This document shows positions 9,671 through 23,100 of a DNA stretch of 64,000 bases, in pieces. This stretch comes from Candidatus Latescibacterota bacterium (GTDB lineage Bacteria > Latescibacterota > UBA2968 > UBA8231). The stretch is from positions 384,001 to 448,000 of the forward strand of contig CBDAOB010000002.1 of the NCBI GenBank assembly GCA_965197905.1. Direction: 5' to 3'. The position numbers were made by a program, and so were the translations under genes. The notes beneath the pieces are model-generated. The model did not search any database. It was not told the origin of the DNA and saw only the letters and a program-made list of their open reading frames with translations. Position 1 is the first letter of the stretch; each line of letters opens with the position of its first letter.

Positions 9671-11911
9671 TTGCCTGAACCACCTACCCCACTCCCTTCC
9701 GTGACTGCCAACGTACCGCAAGCCACCCACACCAAAACGCTTGCCGTCGTTGGCAATCCGAACACCGGCAAAACGACCCTTTTCAACGCACTGACCGGCC
9801 TTTCCCAGGAGATCGGAAACTATCCCGGCGTGACGGTCGATCGCAAGATCGGCAAGCTGCAGCTGCGTACCGAAGCCGTCGAGCTGTTGGATCTGCCCGG
9901 ATCCTATAGCCTGGCCGCACATTCTCCCGACGAGATGATCGTGGCAGACGTGCTCCTGGGGCAGCAAGCCGGAGTCTCCCCGGTCGAAGGGGTGTTGGCG
10001 GTGCTCGACGCCGCCAACCTGAAACGCAACCTCTACCTTGTATCGCAGGTCGCAGAAATTGGTCTGCCGATGGTGATCGCGCTCAATATGAGCGACGTGG
10101 CCACCGCGCGCGAAATTCATATCGACCACCAGGCGTTAGCTGAGCGGTTGGGGGTCGCGGTTGTTCCGACCTGCGCCCTGCACAGTGAAGGTCTGGAGGA
10201 GCTGCGCGCGGCGATCGATCTGTTGTGCGAGCAGCCCGGTAACTCGGTTCCTCGCTCAACACCCGTACTGCCGCCGAAACTGGAGCAGTCGACGCGACAA
10301 CTCTCGGCCCACCCCGGGCTGAAGGATAAAGGTGTGAGAATGGACAGGGTGGAAGCCCTGCGCACGCTGGTAGACACGGGAGGCCACGCCGAGGCGCGTC
10401 TCCTGGAACAGACCGGAGCCGGGTTTGCAACCGAGCTTCATCGTTTGCGCACGGACGCAGGCGTGGAGTTGTCGGCGTTGGAGTCGGAAGCACGATACGC
10501 CTGGATCGCCAAGACCCTGAAGGGGTGCGGACCGGTCGATCAAACCCTTCTCAGCCGGCGCTCCGACCACGTTGACCGCGTACTCACGCACAGATTCCTG
10601 GGTATCCTGACCTTCATTACGGTGAACATAGTTGTGTTCGAGGCCATCTACTCGTGGTCTGCCCCGATCATGGATGGGATTAACGGTCTGTTCGGGTTTC
10701 TCGGCGCATGGGTGGGTAGCGCCATCGCGGAAGGGGCGCTTCGGAGCCTGATCGTCGATGGTCTTTTTGCCGGCGTTGGCGGCGTCCTGATCTTCCTGCC
10801 ACAGATCGCCATTCTCTTCTTTTTCATATCGCTGCTTTCTGACTGCGGGTATATGGCGCGCGCCGCCTTCCTGACGGATCGACTGCTAACTAAATGCGGC
10901 CTGTCGGGTAAGTCGTTCATCCCTCTGCTCTCCAGCTTCGCCTGCGCCATTCCCGGTGTCATGGCGACGCGAACCATCGAGGACAAGCGGGATCGCTTTA
11001 CCACCATGATGGTGGCCCCGCTCATGAGTTGTTCGGCGCGCCTTCCGGTCTATGTCATCTTTATCGCAGCGTTTATCCCGGACCGGCCGCTGCTCGGTGG
11101 TTTGATCGGCTTGCAGGGGCTTACCCTGCTGGGGATGTATTGCGTCGGCGCCGCCGTCGCCATCCCCGTCGCCTGGATATTGAAGAAAACCCTTCTCAAG
11201 GGTGAACCACCCCCGTTCTTGATGGAACTCCCATCCTACAAGTGGCCGAGCCCGCAAGCCGTATTCCTGCGGGTCTACCAGAGCTCTCGTGCTTTCGTAG
11301 TCAGGGCCGGCAGCATCATTCTTGCGACAACCGTGGTCATGTGGGCCCTGGCCTATTTCCCACGTTCGGAAGAGGTGACGTCCAGGTTCGACCAGCGGCG
11401 TGTCGAAGTCTCCGAAGCTCTTTCGGGCGAAGCCTTGGACACCGCGCTGAGGAGACTCGAAGCCCGGCAAGCAGGACAACAATTGCGCCAAAGCTATCTG
11501 GGACAGGCCGGCAGATTGGTCGAACCGTTGGTTCGCCCGCTGGGATGGGATTGGCGCATCGCCATGGCGACCCTCGCCTCCTTCCCCGCCCGCGAGGTGA
11601 TCATTTCCGTGCTGGGCACGATCTACAGCCTCGGGGGGGATCAGGACGAAAACTCCGACGACCTTCGCTTTGCCATTCGCAACTCTACGAACGATCAGGG
11701 CCAGCTGGTGTACTCCATTCCAGTTGCCCTTTCCATCATGGTGTTCTTCGCCTTGTGCGCCCAATGCGTTTCTACCCTCGCGGTGATCCAACGGGAAACC
11801 CGTTCATGGCGATGGCCGCTTTTTACCTTTTCCTACATGACTGCGCTGGCATACGTGGGTGCCTTGGTGACCTACCAGGTAACCAACGCTCTGGGATGGG
11901 GGGGGACCTGA
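9671..11911 (+). CDS. feoB: Ferrous iron transporter B
   Basis: GNPNTGKT, NYPGVTV, DLPGSYSL, NMSD, GYMARAAF, PLMSCSARLPVY, FLMELPSY. Confidence 0.97.
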   Translation: MPEPPTPLPSVTANVPQATHTKTLAVVGNPNTGKTTLFNALTGLSQEIGNYPGVTVDRKIGKLQLRTEAVELLDLPGSYSLAAHSPDEMIVADVLLGQQAGVSPVEGVLAVLDAANLKRNLYLVSQVAEIGLPMVIALNMSDVATAREIHIDHQALAERLGVAVVPTCALHSEGLEELRAAIDLLCEQPGNSVPRSTPVLPPKLEQSTRQLSAHPGLKDKGVRMDRVEALRTLVDTGGHAEARLLEQTGAGFATELHRLRTDAGVELSALESEARYAWIAKTLKGCGPVDQTLLSRRSDHVDRVLTHRFLGILTFITVNIVVFEAIYSWSAPIMDGINGLFGFLGAWVGSAIAEGALRSLIVDGLFAGVGGVLIFLPQIAILFFFISLLSDCGYMARAAFLTDRLLTKCGLSGKSFIPLLSSFACAIPGVMATRTIEDKRDRFTTMMVAPLMSCSARLPVYVIFIAAFIPDRPLLGGLIGLQGLTLLGMYCVGAAVAIPVAWILKKTLLKGEPPPFLMELPSYKWPSPQAVFLRVYQSSRAFVVRAGSIILATTVVMWALAYFPRSEEVTSRFDQRRVEVSEALSGEALDTALRRLEARQAGQQLRQSYLGQAGRLVEPLVRPLGWDWRIAMATLASFPAREVIISVLGTIYSLGGDQDENSDDLRFAIRNSTNDQGQLVYSIPVALSIMVFFALCAQCVSTLAVIQRETRSWRWPLFTFSYMTALAYVGALVTYQVTNALGWGGT

Positions 11912-12084
11912 TGGAATGGCAGACCTATGTTGCCGTGCCCGTGGCGGTGGGCTGCGCCTGCTGGGTCGGTTGGCGACTGTTGCGTCCGTTCGTGAAGCGA
12001 GAGAGACCCGAGGGAGCTTCGATTCCGCCTGCCAGCAACGGCAAGTTGATAGAGATCTCCCCGGTTGACAAGAACGGTGGATAG
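11911..12084 (+). CDS. Small FeoB-associated membrane protein
   Basis: ATG overlaps the feoB stop (TGATG); MEWQTYVAVPVAVGCACWVGWRLL single TM helix. Confidence 0.6.
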   Translation: MEWQTYVAVPVAVGCACWVGWRLLRPFVKRERPEGASIPPASNGKLIEISPVDKNGG

Positions 12085-12102
12085 TGACTGGTCAACAGTG
12101 CA

Positions 12103-14318
<2,216 letters not shown>

Positions 14319-14801
14319 CTAGCCGTGGACAGGGTTGAGGCGCAGGCGTTCCGCAACCACGGGGGGGACGAACGGCGCGATGTCGCCACCCATCTGCGCC
14401 ACCTGACGCACCACCGTCGAGCTCAGAAACATGAAGTCGGAGCGAGTCATCAGAAAAACGGTTTCCAACTCGGGCCAGAGACTGCGATTGGTCAGCGCCA
14501 TGGTAAACTCGTTGTCGAAATCGGTGACGGCGCGAAGTCCTCTGACGGCCACCCGCACCTTGTTCTGGCGGGCGTAGTCCACGAGCAGACCGTCCCAGCT
14601 GTCGACGCTGACGTTAGGCCAGCGCGAAGTGGCCTCACGAATCATTTCGACATTTTCCTCGGTGGAAAAAAGGGACTTCTTCCGCGGATTCACCGCCAAC
14701 AACACGGTTACCTTCTCGAAGATGCCCAGAGCGCGCTCAATGATGTTCATGTGGCCATAGGTGATCGGATCGAAACTTCCCGGATAGAATGCCGCCTCCA
14801 T
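14319..14801 (-). CDS. coaD: Pantetheine-phosphate adenylyltransferase
   Basis: YPGSFDPITYGH, RGLRAVTDF, LSSTVVR. Confidence 0.97.
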   Translation of the reverse strand: MEAAFYPGSFDPITYGHMNIIERALGIFEKVTVLLAVNPRKKSLFSTEENVEMIREATSRWPNVSVDSWDGLLVDYARQNKVRVAVRGLRAVTDFDNEFTMALTNRSLWPELETVFLMTRSDFMFLSSTVVRQVAQMGGDIAPFVPPVVAERLRLNPVHG

Positions 14802-14850
14802 GCCGTTTTCCTTTCTTAGTCTGCGCCGCCTATTGCTTGCACCCGGTTGG

Positions 14851-15834
14851 TTATCTCACGAGCACGTCGACTACGGCGTAGATATGTGCGTTCTGCCATG
14901 AGCCGCCGTTGCGGTATACGGGCACCATCACCAACTCACTGAGGGTGGTCAGCTCTCCCGCCTCCTGGAGCCGCTCGGCGAACGCGGCGATCTGGTCGTA
15001 CGAACCTTTACCCCAGATTTTTTGACGATGCTTCGACAAGCCCTTGTTCAGCGCCACCGGAATCGGCCCTTCCACCGTGAGCGACCGGATTCCGCTGGCC
15101 CGTGCCCATGACGACACATCGCGCAGCACGGAAGCTGACTTTTTTGGCGTCACGGGTGCCAGATCGAAGGGGGCCGCGTCTTTAACCCGGCCCGTATACG
15201 AAAACCGGCGCTCGCTGCTCCCAGGTGTCTTCCCTTGGGTCCAAACCGTCAGGCGAACCTCGGCTGATTCCTTCAGGAGCTGGTCGTGCCACGTTTCCGC
15301 CGACGACTGGGAGATCCCAGATCCTTCTATGGTATAGCTGCCGTCTCCGCGTCCCAGCAGTGATGTCACTCGGGCGCCGTTGGGTTGGTGGCGCAGAAGA
15401 CCAACGGCGATGGCGCACGCACGGCTGGATCGGGGAAGCGGCCGCATCACGGGAGCGGCAGCAGAGACCCTGGCTGCCGGGGGGCGTGACCTAGCCGGGA
15501 CCGTCTGCTGGCTTAATGTCGCCGCTGCGGCCGTTGTAGCCGCCTGTCGCGTGCTCAACTCCGGCGACGATACCTCGCCGGAGGGAGCCGGAGCGTCGTA
15601 ATTTTCCGGGTCGCGATATTCCGTGGCGACTAGGTCAGGTAGGGGTTCTTCGTCGTCCGCCTGGAACATCACAGCGGTCATCTCACTCCACAATCGCAAG
15701 ATCGGGAACTGTCGATCGACCAGGTAGATCGCCGACACCAACAGCGCACCCGACCCCACAAGCAGGAACAGACGCATCAAAATCGCGATGATCTGCGAGT
15801 CCTGCCTTCCCAGTAGGTGGATACGTATCATCAA
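14851..15834 (-). CDS. PilN/PilO-like fused type IV pilus alignment protein
   Basis: N-terminal MIRIHLL (compare the PilN INLLP motif) plus a TM helix, an Ala/Pro linker, a PilN-like domain, then a PilO-like GSYDQIAAF..L segment. Confidence 0.55.
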   Translation of the reverse strand: MMIRIHLLGRQDSQIIAILMRLFLLVGSGALLVSAIYLVDRQFPILRLWSEMTAVMFQADDEEPLPDLVATEYRDPENYDAPAPSGEVSSPELSTRQAATTAAAATLSQQTVPARSRPPAARVSAAAPVMRPLPRSSRACAIAVGLLRHQPNGARVTSLLGRGDGSYTIEGSGISQSSAETWHDQLLKESAEVRLTVWTQGKTPGSSERRFSYTGRVKDAAPFDLAPVTPKKSASVLRDVSSWARASGIRSLTVEGPIPVALNKGLSKHRQKIWGKGSYDQIAAFAERLQEAGELTTLSELVMVPVYRNGGSWQNAHIYAVVDVLVR

Positions 15835-16754
15835 GGTTCGCTCAAGCCGCGGTGAGCCAATCCGGCAGTAACGGCGAATCTGTGACTGCCTTCTAGGAGC
15901 GTCGGGTCGCTACAACGGCAGTTCTCTCTCTCAACCCCGGCGAACGGGTCGAACAAGGTCACAGAAGCAGCAAAGCGTTCGACCAAGCTGGACTTCCAGG
16001 TTGCGTCGGAGCCGGAGAGACCCGCCACCCAGAAGTTGGCCGGCAGCTCGGTGTGACCGCTACGCTTAGCCATAGCCTCGACGCGATCACTCAGGATTTC
16101 CAGAGGCTCCGCCTCGCCCGGAGCGTCACTCTGCCACGGCCAGATGTCTAGCGCCACCAAATCCCCCTCTAGCAAGAGCAAGGCACTCGCACCGGAGGCG
16201 CTAATATCGAGGACCAGCTGAGGTTCATCCTGAATGCTGTCGCTGGATTCGAAGGCGTTGAATAGGGCTAACGGCGCGACATCGAAATCGGGATCTTTCA
16301 ACCCCGCTGACTCGCACAGATCCAGATAGATCTCCAACGCTCGCTTGCGCGAGGCAACGGCAATACTGCAATGGCTGGTAAACGCGAAGTCGACACCGTA
16401 CTCCGAAATCTCGTCGCTGAGAAACTGTTCGGTTTCCCATTGGACCTGGGCGCGATCGAGCTTGCCCGTTGCCTCGGGAAGCTGTGGCCACCACTTGATC
16501 CAGTATGCCTGCGGATCGAGGCAGATCAGGATATTCTCGAATCTGATGTCGCATTCTGCTTCCGCCCGCGAAAAAGCCTCTTCCAACTCGACGCTGGATT
16601 CGTCTGACTCCAACCCTTCGGGGGTGTAGGAACCGTTCAGATCGAACTGGGCGAGTCCCAGAAGCTCCGCTCCGCCCTTGTTCGACCCCAGCTCGACGAT
16701 TTGAAGTTTACCATCTACAATGTAGATACCCGTGGCACTTCGACGCGCAGACAT
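15831..16754 (-). CDS. pilM: PilM-like actin-fold pilus assembly protein
   Basis: TGIYI..LQIVEL, QVQWE.EQF, Y.VDF, AGL..DVAPLALFNAF, LVLDI and DPF follow the PilM pattern; overlaps the PilN-like gene. Confidence 0.7.
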   Translation of the reverse strand: MSARRSATGIYIVDGKLQIVELGSNKGGAELLGLAQFDLNGSYTPEGLESDESSVELEEAFSRAEAECDIRFENILICLDPQAYWIKWWPQLPEATGKLDRAQVQWETEQFLSDEISEYGVDFAFTSHCSIAVASRKRALEIYLDLCESAGLKDPDFDVAPLALFNAFESSDSIQDEPQLVLDISASGASALLLLEGDLVALDIWPWQSDAPGEAEPLEILSDRVEAMAKRSGHTELPANFWVAGLSGSDATWKSSLVERFAASVTLFDPFAGVERENCRCSDPTLLEGSHRFAVTAGLAHRGLSEP

Positions 16755-16763
16755 CCGTTGGCA

Positions 16764-17132
16764 TTACTCCAGAACAACGTGTGGACGAATCATTTCCAAT
16801 GTACGTTTGCCGACACCGCGGATCTTTGCCAGGTCTTCCAAGCTCTTAAACGCGCCGTGCTCGCGACGGTACTTTACAATCCGCAATGCCATTTTCGGAC
16901 CGATATTTGGCAACTGTTGCAATTCCCCTTCGGTGCCGCTGTTCAGGCGAATCGGCTGACTCGCTTCAGTCGTTTCCACGACGACCGGGGCCGGCACCGG
17001 TACAGCCTTGTGGATTACCCGAAACTCTTCGAGCGCGGAAGGCTGATAGTAGTCCCAGATCGAAACTGCGCTGCCCACCAGAAACGATCCACACAGGAAC
17101 AGCAGAGCCACTTGCTCAGTTCGGTTAAACAT
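16764..17132 (-). CDS. comEA: ComEA family helix-hairpin-helix DNA-binding protein
   Basis: N-terminal TM helix plus LNSGTEGELQQLPNIGPKMA..YRREHGAFKSLEDL..IRGVG. Confidence 0.9.
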   Translation of the reverse strand: MFNRTEQVALLFLCGSFLVGSAVSIWDYYQPSALEEFRVIHKAVPVPAPVVVETTEASQPIRLNSGTEGELQQLPNIGPKMALRIVKYRREHGAFKSLEDLAKIRGVGKRTLEMIRPHVVLE

Positions 17133-17173
17133 TGAAAATAGATCTGCCTATTGGGAGGGGCAACCGGAGCGGA

Positions 17174-20100
17174 TCAGCGGAAAAACATGGTTCCCGAAAG
17201 TCGGACCTCGCGGACCTTGCGGGCTTTCTCGGTGAGGTTGTTCCGATTGTTCTCGAGGCGAATGATGCCGTCGCCGCGAAAGCTCTCGCTGAATTTGTAG
17301 GAAGCGGTGAACGATGTTCGCCAGCGGTTGACCGAGTTGATCGGCGCCCGTTCGGCATCTCCGGTGCCGTTTGATCGAATCTCGTTCTCCAGGGAAACCT
17401 CGAATTTCAGATCGACGTTGCTCTTCAGCTTTCCGAAGATCGGCAGGCTTCTCGGTCTCAGATTGTGGGAAAGGCTGAAGGTGGTCGTCGTCTTCTCCAA
17501 CTCACCGCTCCCGCGCAGGGGCCGGAGATTGCCCTCTACACTCGCGCTGTCGTCCTCGGCAACCAGCTCGAATTCCAGGTCGGTGCCACTGGCCACAACG
17601 CGTTCCACCTTAGCTACAGGGCCTATCCTCAGTTTCCCGTTCCACGAGGCTCGGGTCTCTTTTGATTCGCTCTTGGTGATAAGATGGCCCGGTCGTAGAC
17701 TGCCTTCACCCTCACTGCTTTCGGTCTGCTGGAACGAGAACGAAAAATTGGCGCTGTTTACGACTTTCTTGATCAGCGGAATGCGGTCCGCCCTTCCCCA
17801 GTTTACATTGAGCTTCGGATAGCGGGTTTCCTGGCGCACGCGGGTTCGTTCCTGTGTACTGCCACTGCGGCGTTCGAGCTTGTCGTTGAAGTCGGTTTTC
17901 ACACTGAACCCCATGGGCAACTTGAGTCCCGAGCCCATGTCCATGTTCCGCGTGCGTCCGAACTGGTCTTGTTGCGTGAGCCCCACCGAGGCTTGAGGCA
18001 CGTCGAGAGAGTCGTTGAGGCCAAACTGATAGAGCAATCCGGGCCGGTCGACGAGATTGAACGACCTAGAGTTTCTATTCTTTCGCCAGGTCACATTGAA
18101 CGGTTCGATAAATCCGCCGGCGAAATGTAACGTTCGCCACAGGAAAAACGGCTGGGAGGGTTCCTTTGGCGGTTCCGCTTCTGGCTTTTCACCATCGGCC
18201 TCAAGTTCTTTGGTTGCTGTCTCTTCCTGCCGTTTCTTCGTCGGTTTCACCGTCGTCCTTTTCTTACCGGCAAAACTCTTGAGCAACATGGGGAGTTTGA
18301 GATTGAACCGCGTGGACAGGCTGTTCTTGGTATCGATGTCCAACGGCTTTACCGGCAAGCCCGATGTGCTGTCGATGAGCACCTGCGCTCGCCGCTGCGT
18401 GGGATCGCTGTTTTCGTTGTAGCTCGCTTCGAACGTATATTGCTGATCCAACCAGCGAATCCACCTGAGGGTTACCTTGACACTGCCCTTCTGTGTGCGG
18501 CCGATCTCCCGACCGAAGCTGAGCTTGTTCAGCTCGTACTTCTTCCGGAGGTCGCGGTTTATCTTAAGGTCGTAGTCACCGCTGATGCCGCTAAACGGAT
18601 TCACCTTTGCCACGTAGGTCTCGTTCACCGCAAAGTGCTCCTGCACCGTCTGTTCGGCGTCGGATCGCTGCTGGGTCTTCTGCTCCTTGCGATTGGCGAC
18701 CATAGAGTAGGTTATGTGGGAAGGAAAATATCGCCACTTCAGCTCTCTCCAGGTGCGGGGTGAGCGTTCGGGCAACCAGGTCAAAATGGGCAGCTGGGGA
18801 CTCGGAAGTGGCATCTTGTAGCTGAAGTTCATGGTTTGGGCGTCGGTGCGATCCAACGGTCGTGTCGTGGAAGAGCCCTGCTCTTGCAGGTTGGACAACC
18901 TCACGTTCATCTGATCGATGGTCCAACGAAACACTCGATTTCGTCCCGATCGTTTCGACAGCGAGAGCTCGTAGAAACGTTTGGTGCGGAAGGTCCTTTG
19001 CTCCCTCTGCGTCTTCTTGTCAAGCTCCACATCCGAGTTCGGTCCGAAGCGGGGCAAACTCTGGTTTTCGGAAAAACTCGCCTTGAACGGGATGGAGAAC
19101 CCCCACCTTCCCGGCAGAAAACGGTGCAGATTGGTCGTGGCCGACAGGCTCTGATTGAGATCGGTGGTGCTGCGCTGGCGGGAATTGAGGGTGCGAAAGT
19201 CGCCACCGGTCCAGGTAATCTGGCCGTCCAGGTTCATCACGTCGGCGAGCTTGGTGTTGACGCGCGCAAAGGCCGCCCCACCCGGATCGTTGCGCCCCTC
19301 TTCGAGACGGAGCTCGTTGACCAGCACCTCGCCCGTATATATACCTTGACCGCGGTTGCGGATGCCGATGGTCAATTCCTTTATCTGCTGCATGGAGGGA
19401 TTGCCGCGGACGCGATAGACGGCCGGCCTGAAGTCGCGCAGTCGCGGCTCGGCGATCACCGTATCCAGAATCGCCAGCTGCTGCCCCAGGGAGTCGAAGC
19501 GTCCCGCCTGCAAGAGCGACTTCACACGGGCGATCTCTAACAGGTCGATATCCACCTCGTTTCCCTTCCAGCCGGCGCGTCCTCCATCCCACCCAGGCAA
19601 TATTCGACTGATGAACTCGTAATAGTTGGTGCTGTCGGCTCCAAAACGGATGAACATCTCCAAGTCACTGGAGTCCCCAACGACGTAGGCAGTGTTGACG
19701 TCGTCGCCGTGCACGAACATGCGCATGCGGGTGTACTGGGTGTAGTTGGCGTTACGCGTCAGAATTTTCGTAGCGGAGACTTGATGCTGCGGCTCGAAGT
19801 TATCGTAGTTAAGCCGTAACGACTGTTCCCGCTCGCGAGTTCGCGTCTGCCGGTTGCGACGGATCTTGATACCCGGGGGCGGCTCGTAGTCGATGTTCTT
19901 GTCGGTACCGACGACACTCACCGCCACCGATTCCTCCGGCCCCACATCGTTCCCCCCCTCCAGAATCAACACCTCATCTTCCTGCCACTCGTTGCCGATC
20001 ACCTCGATGAGCGCAATCTCCACCGTGATGGAATCGTCGGTCGCCGCTGTTTCTCCGTTCACCACGATCCGCGCGAACTCGATTCTGCTGGAATCGGGTA

Positions 20101-23100
20101 GACCCTCCCTGGGCGTGTCGTCGAAAAGTGGAAGCCGGAACAGGCGCCAACCGTTGCTATCCGTGCCGGATACATGGGGATCCGATTCCAGATCGATCGT
20201 GTAGCGGTAGTAGTCGTTTCGCGTGTTCAGTACGCCGTCGTTGTTGAGGTCTTCGCTGTCGGGCCGATCGGCCGCCTCGCGATCGCTCTTGTTTCCTTCG
20301 GTCCCGTTGATGCGGCGGTAGTCGTTCTTGCGGTTGCCGGTAGCATCGTAATGCCAGTTGTCTCCCTGTGGGTCGTCCACATCCCGCTCGCCATAGCTTT
20401 GCAGGAATTGCTGACGTTTCTGTTCCAGGGTCAGGTCGGTCGTATCGACGCCGACTTCGGCCAGGTAGAAGTTCAACTCTCCCCGATCATCCCGACCGTC
20501 GATGCCCACGTCCTCGGCTTGAGCAACCAAGCCATCGCCGGTGGTCCGGCCCGGAAAGGGCTCATCTTCGGTATCGACGGCGCCATCCTCGCGAAAATTG
20601 AGGGGATCATCCGTTGTCTGATCGCAACAGAAATCCTCGCTGATTGTACCCAGATCGAGATTGAGGGTGCCACGTTCACCTCGCACCCAGATCTCCAGGA
20701 ACTTCGACAGGGAGTAATCGTTGACCGATCCGAGCGAGGTCATCAGACCGCCCCACACCTGCTGTTGATCAGCTCGTGGTTTCAGCCGCATGACCAGCAC
20801 GTCGGTCCGATTGTTCTGATTCTCCACCTGCTCCTCCTGACCCGGCCATATATCCTTGCGCAGGATCCCGTCAAACGGGTTGTACCAGATCAGGTTGCCA
20901 CGGGTCTCGTGGGGGAAATCGAGAGCGACCGGTCGGCTGGCGGGAGTCCAGCTCGTGCGGGCGATGCGCAGACTGCTGGGCCGCTGGCTGCCTTCGAAAT
21001 CGTCGATGAATCCCTTGCCCTTGGTGTTCAGGTTGGGACGGCTTTGTGCCACTTCCCCTTGCAACTCGATGGTGGAACTGGATGCTGTTTTGATCAGCGG
21101 AATGGCATCGACAACCCGGGTTAGAAAGGGCGCCGCAAACTTGGCGCGCATGTCTGTGCTCCATACCACGGTGCGCGCCGGTTCGGCTCCCACCCGCACC
21201 CGCCGTTCGCCGCTGCGTTCGTTGTTGTATAGCATGGTGGTTCCCCACTTCCCTTCCCCCCCGAGAAATTCGTACTGCGTCCGCATGCCTATGAGGGTCT
21301 TTTGCTGACTGCCCAGTCCCAATAAATCTTCCGTCTCGTAGGTGATCTCCAGGTCGGCCCCGGGATCGGCCACCTCCTGGGCGGTGGTTCCGACGAACGT
21401 GATGTCGCCCGCGAAACCCACGTTGTAGTCGGTGCCCTTCTGCTTGCGTTGACCGTTGAGCCGCACTTCCACCGTTTCCGGCCGCACGCCGAGACCGAGG
21501 CTGATCCGCTGTTGGCCGGAGCTTGAGCGGACCTCGATAATGTAGGCGCTGGCCTCCACCTGATCTCGTTGCTGCTGCCGGGTGTAGATCTCGGGAATCT
21601 TCTCTTCCAGCTCGGAGCTTCCCGGATCTTCCGGGGTTTCCGGATTGAATGGGGTTCGAGCCGGGAAGACCAGGTGTCCGCGGAAGTCGTCGAGACCGGC
21701 GTAGTCGCGGTCCACGACCCGATCGGGAGCGCTGCCGGGATCCTGACCGCGCTCGTCGAGACCGAAGATCTGCAGATACGATTTGCCACCCTGAGAGGGT
21801 TGGGACTCCTGACCCGCAATCTCCTTCAAAACCTGCACTTCCACAGTGGACGGATCGAACTTGCGACCCGCGGCGAAGCCGGTGGCGATGCGATAGACGT
21901 TCTTCCACTCCAAATCCCAGGTCGGAAATCCAGGTCGGGCGTCCCGCGCCTTGATCAGCTTGAGTTGCAGGGTGTCTCCGCGGGTATCGCCAAACTGTTC
22001 AGTCCCTACGTTCGGTCCGCCCCGGGTGCGATAGCTCACCGCCAGCGCATGGCGATCTTGCACCATGCGATTGAGGATTATGAAGCCGGCTCCTTCCACC
22101 ACCGAATAGTCGTCGTCGGGGTCGAGGCGATGCCAGGTGCCTTCCTCGAAGCAACCGCTGGCTTCGACGGGCAGTCCATTCGGATTCACGCAGACGACCT
22201 CGTCGTCGTCGCTAACGTCGCTCGCCGCCACCCTCGCGACACCCGGTCGCGCCAGCAACTCTGGATCGTTGATGGTATTGAAATCGTTGATGTAGACCTG
22301 TAAGCTGCCCGAATCGACAAAGTCCGAACCTGGAATACGGGCGCCGGCCACCAGCTGCCGGTAGTCCGGCAAATTGACCCGATAGAACTCATCCAGGAAG
22401 AAATAGGTGTTGCGCAAGAACTGGTAATCCCGAAGCGAGAGAGTATCCTGGACGGCGCCACCCCGAAAGGTTCGGCGGTTGCTCTTGCTGCTCTCGTGGC
22501 TGGCAATGGTGGTAAAACTGAGAGGCCCTACCGCTCCCTTGGCGCGTATCCCAAAAAGCCCCTTGTTCTGCTGTTGGAAACCGACGAACCTAGATCGCGG
22601 GAGGGCGAGAGTCGTGTTCCCCGCCTGAATCTCCTGGAAGATCGCGTCCTCGTCGTTCTTGTAGTCCAGCTTGATCTGGTTGGCAATCTGATCGCGGAGA
22701 TTCAAGGTGCTGACAGCGCCGCCGGCGCTCTCCGTATCCTGGTCAATGCGAACGTTTATCAGTTCCCCAACCTTGCCTTCGACTGTGAATCGCTGCTCCT
22801 GCTCCATCGTCAGAGCCGGAAAGGTAGAGGGACCACCCGCCGCGGTCTGGACTTCGCCCGCCGTCCACTCACTCTTTCCCGAGATCGATACCTTCAGCGA
22901 GCCGCTCATGCGCAAGCTGGGCCCTTCCTCGCCGATGAAGCGACGCAGGGATTTAGGCGCCGTGAACGGCACGGTCCACTCCAGCCGCCGAGTACCCTGT
23001 TGCCGGTCGCGCTGCGAGGCAACTCGAAATTTCTGACGAATCTCTCGACGCCATACATCTCGTGCGCCATAACTGTAGATCAGACGCAGGTAGTCGTCTT

